A stretch of DNA of 63,915 bases, filler included, from Perkinsus chesapeaki ATCC PRA-425 (lineage: Eukaryota; Protista; Perkinsozoa), in the NCBI GenBank assembly GCA_013115145.1. It is 7 parts of 7 records of this genome, joined end to end, with 100 filler letters (N's around TTAATTAATTAA, not from the genome) between each part and the next. Parts side by side here need not be neighbours in the genome. Positions count along the whole stretch, not along the records: positions 61,308 to 62,425 come from JAAPAO010002188.1; positions 62,526 to 63,915 come from JAAPAO010001989.1; 5 more parts are not named here. The stretch is one strand, 5' to 3'. Positions 62,355-63,915 of this stretch are shown here, piece by piece. The position numbers and the translations under genes are program-made. The notes under the pieces were generated by a model. That model saw only the letters and a program-made list of their open reading frames with translations, made no database searches and had not been told where the DNA came from. Each line of letters opens with the position of its first letter. Position 1 is the stretch's first letter.

Positions 62355-62425
62355 TTAGGCGGAAGTGAACTTGGTCACAGCCTTAGTTCCCTCACTGACA
62401 GCGTGCTTAGCGAGTTCGCCGGGCA
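62355..62425 (-). CDS. H2B: Histone H2B, C-terminal fragment (rest lost in gap)
   Basis: Translates to PGELAKHAVSEGTKAVTKFTSA*, the near-invariant H2B C-terminus. Confidence 0.93.
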
Positions 62426-62935
62426 NNNNNNNNNNNNNNNNNNNNNNNNNNNNNNNNNNNNNNNNNNNNTTAATTAATTAANNNNNNNNNNNNNNNNNNN
62501 NNNNNNNNNNNNNNNNNNNNNNNNNGCGAGAGGCTACATTAAACTTTTCGATATGGACGCGATCCATCGTATTCGCCTGTCTTGCCAACAGTTTTTTTGT
62601 TCCGCACAAACATGCGCCGCGCACAAGTATATTGTTGGAATTTGTGCGGCGATGGCGTGATACTAGGCCATGCATGCAGTGATATACCGTGCTGCGCTAC
62701 GAACTTTAAGACGGTTAGAAACCGAGCAGAGCACTGAATGCTCTCCTTCACAGATGATCTCGTAAGCTGGGTAAGTCGAATGAGAACAGCGTCGATTTCG
62801 ACGTCTACGAAGTAGATGATCTCATCCAGCCACACAAGCACACGAAGCGTGGGACACGCTCCGTGGCGATGAATTGCTCCGCTGCGCAAGACACACCGCA
62901 CCAACAGTCATTGTTCATCGACGACACGGTACAAT

Positions 62936-63352
62936 ATGAGAGTTATCATTGTAACCGCTGCTTTAACCGCGGCCCTAGCTGGTCAATGTTCCAAGTCGGA
63001 TGAAGCCTTTTGGAAGAAGTATGGTGTGCACTTCAGTAACTTCATGGCTGGATGTGTTATGACCAGCCTTGGTCAGAAAGCTTCGATCGAGCAATGTATG
63101 AAAGCCGACAAACACTGGGCTAAATCTGCCGGGTGTACCGATTGTTTCGCTACATTTGGCGCCTGCACCTTCCCTAAATGTTTCACAACATGCTCCACCT
63201 ACGGCGTTGGTGATAAGAGGTGTTGGGATTGTAACATCAAGACCGCTTGCCCTAAGGCTCTATATGATTGTACCGGTTATGGTCTATCACAGCTCCCTCC
63301 TAATCAGACTGGAACAGAGGCTCATCTCCCTGATATGCGCCTGATGCTGTGA
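62936..63352 (+). CDS. Secreted cysteine-rich protein (138 aa, 12 Cys), intronless
   Basis: Signal-peptide-like MRVIIVTAALTAALAG; CxxC pairs (CTDC, CWDC) and a terminal CTG motif. Confidence 0.8.
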   Translation: MRVIIVTAALTAALAGQCSKSDEAFWKKYGVHFSNFMAGCVMTSLGQKASIEQCMKADKHWAKSAGCTDCFATFGACTFPKCFTTCSTYGVGDKRCWDCNIKTACPKALYDCTGYGLSQLPPNQTGTEAHLPDMRLML

Positions 63353-63915
63353 TATCTCTCTAACAAGGAGATACTAGCCGTCTTCACGACACAGAGCATC
63401 TATGTCCTCAATAAATGTTTTCGTGGTCGATATACCCCCATTGATACTTTTTAGTCTACAAGTAAACCGAGCGAGCTTCGAGGAACTTTCAAGTGTCGCG
63501 TTGTTTGTTATTCACAGTGTATTTGAGTGTCACACACAAATGCAGCTTGGACACTCGCATACCAAGACAGGCTCAAGTTGCTAACGAACACACCAGCATA
63601 CTGAGCATGTTCTCAAGTTGAACTATGTGACACACGTATGTTGTTCAGATACGCAAAAGTGCGAGATGCTAGACAACCCACATAACATTTATGGACGTGT
63701 AGGTACTTGAAACGACTCTCGACGTGAAACAGTATTGAACTACTCGACTGCCAACTTTTGGAATTTCAAAATTTAAATGCCAAGTGGGGGAGCCTATCAA
63801 TCCTGCTGCAGGATCCTTGCACTGAGAAGCAGTCAAGCTACGTCGTGTTGTACTCGCCGGCAATAAGCCCTTGCGAAAAGATAGGACTGATCAGCATATT
63901 CCCCTGCAAACACTG

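Overview
Eukaryotic, intron-rich genomic scaffold (short GT-AG introns, flagellar IFT gene, tRNAs, histones). The gene structure is consistent with a Perkinsus-like alveolate, but that assignment is inference. Contigs are joined by N-runs, six of which carry an artificial TTAATTAATTAA all-frame-stop spacer, so adjacency across them is not guaranteed. Confident genes: FHIT-type HIT hydrolase (-), IFT70/TTC30 (+) with an antisense tRNA-Leu(CAA) in one intron, MFSD5/MOT2-type MFS transporter (+), tRNA-Gly(GCC), DIS3L2-type RNB exoribonuclease (-), a tyrosine-recombinase (DIRS/Ngaro-like) retrotransposon (-), histone H1 with a winged-helix domain, a histone H2B 3' fragment, and two small secreted Cys-rich proteins. 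Highlights invisible in the ORF track: (1) a spliced type-1 (microbial) rhodopsin gene at about 3.9-6.3 kb (-) that aligns to bacteriorhodopsin helices A-G and keeps the retinal pocket and Schiff-base Lys, with a stop or 1-nt frameshift right after that Lys; (2) gag and pol of the YR retrotransposon lie in one frame separated by a single UGA in the leaky UGA-CGG context, suggesting stop-codon readthrough; (3) both histone genes end in the same non-canonical 16-nt 3' stem-loop (GGCGTT-N4-RACGCC) with the geometry of the replication-dependent histone hairpin; (4) a 65-aa signal-peptide, six-Cys defensin/toxin-like peptide.
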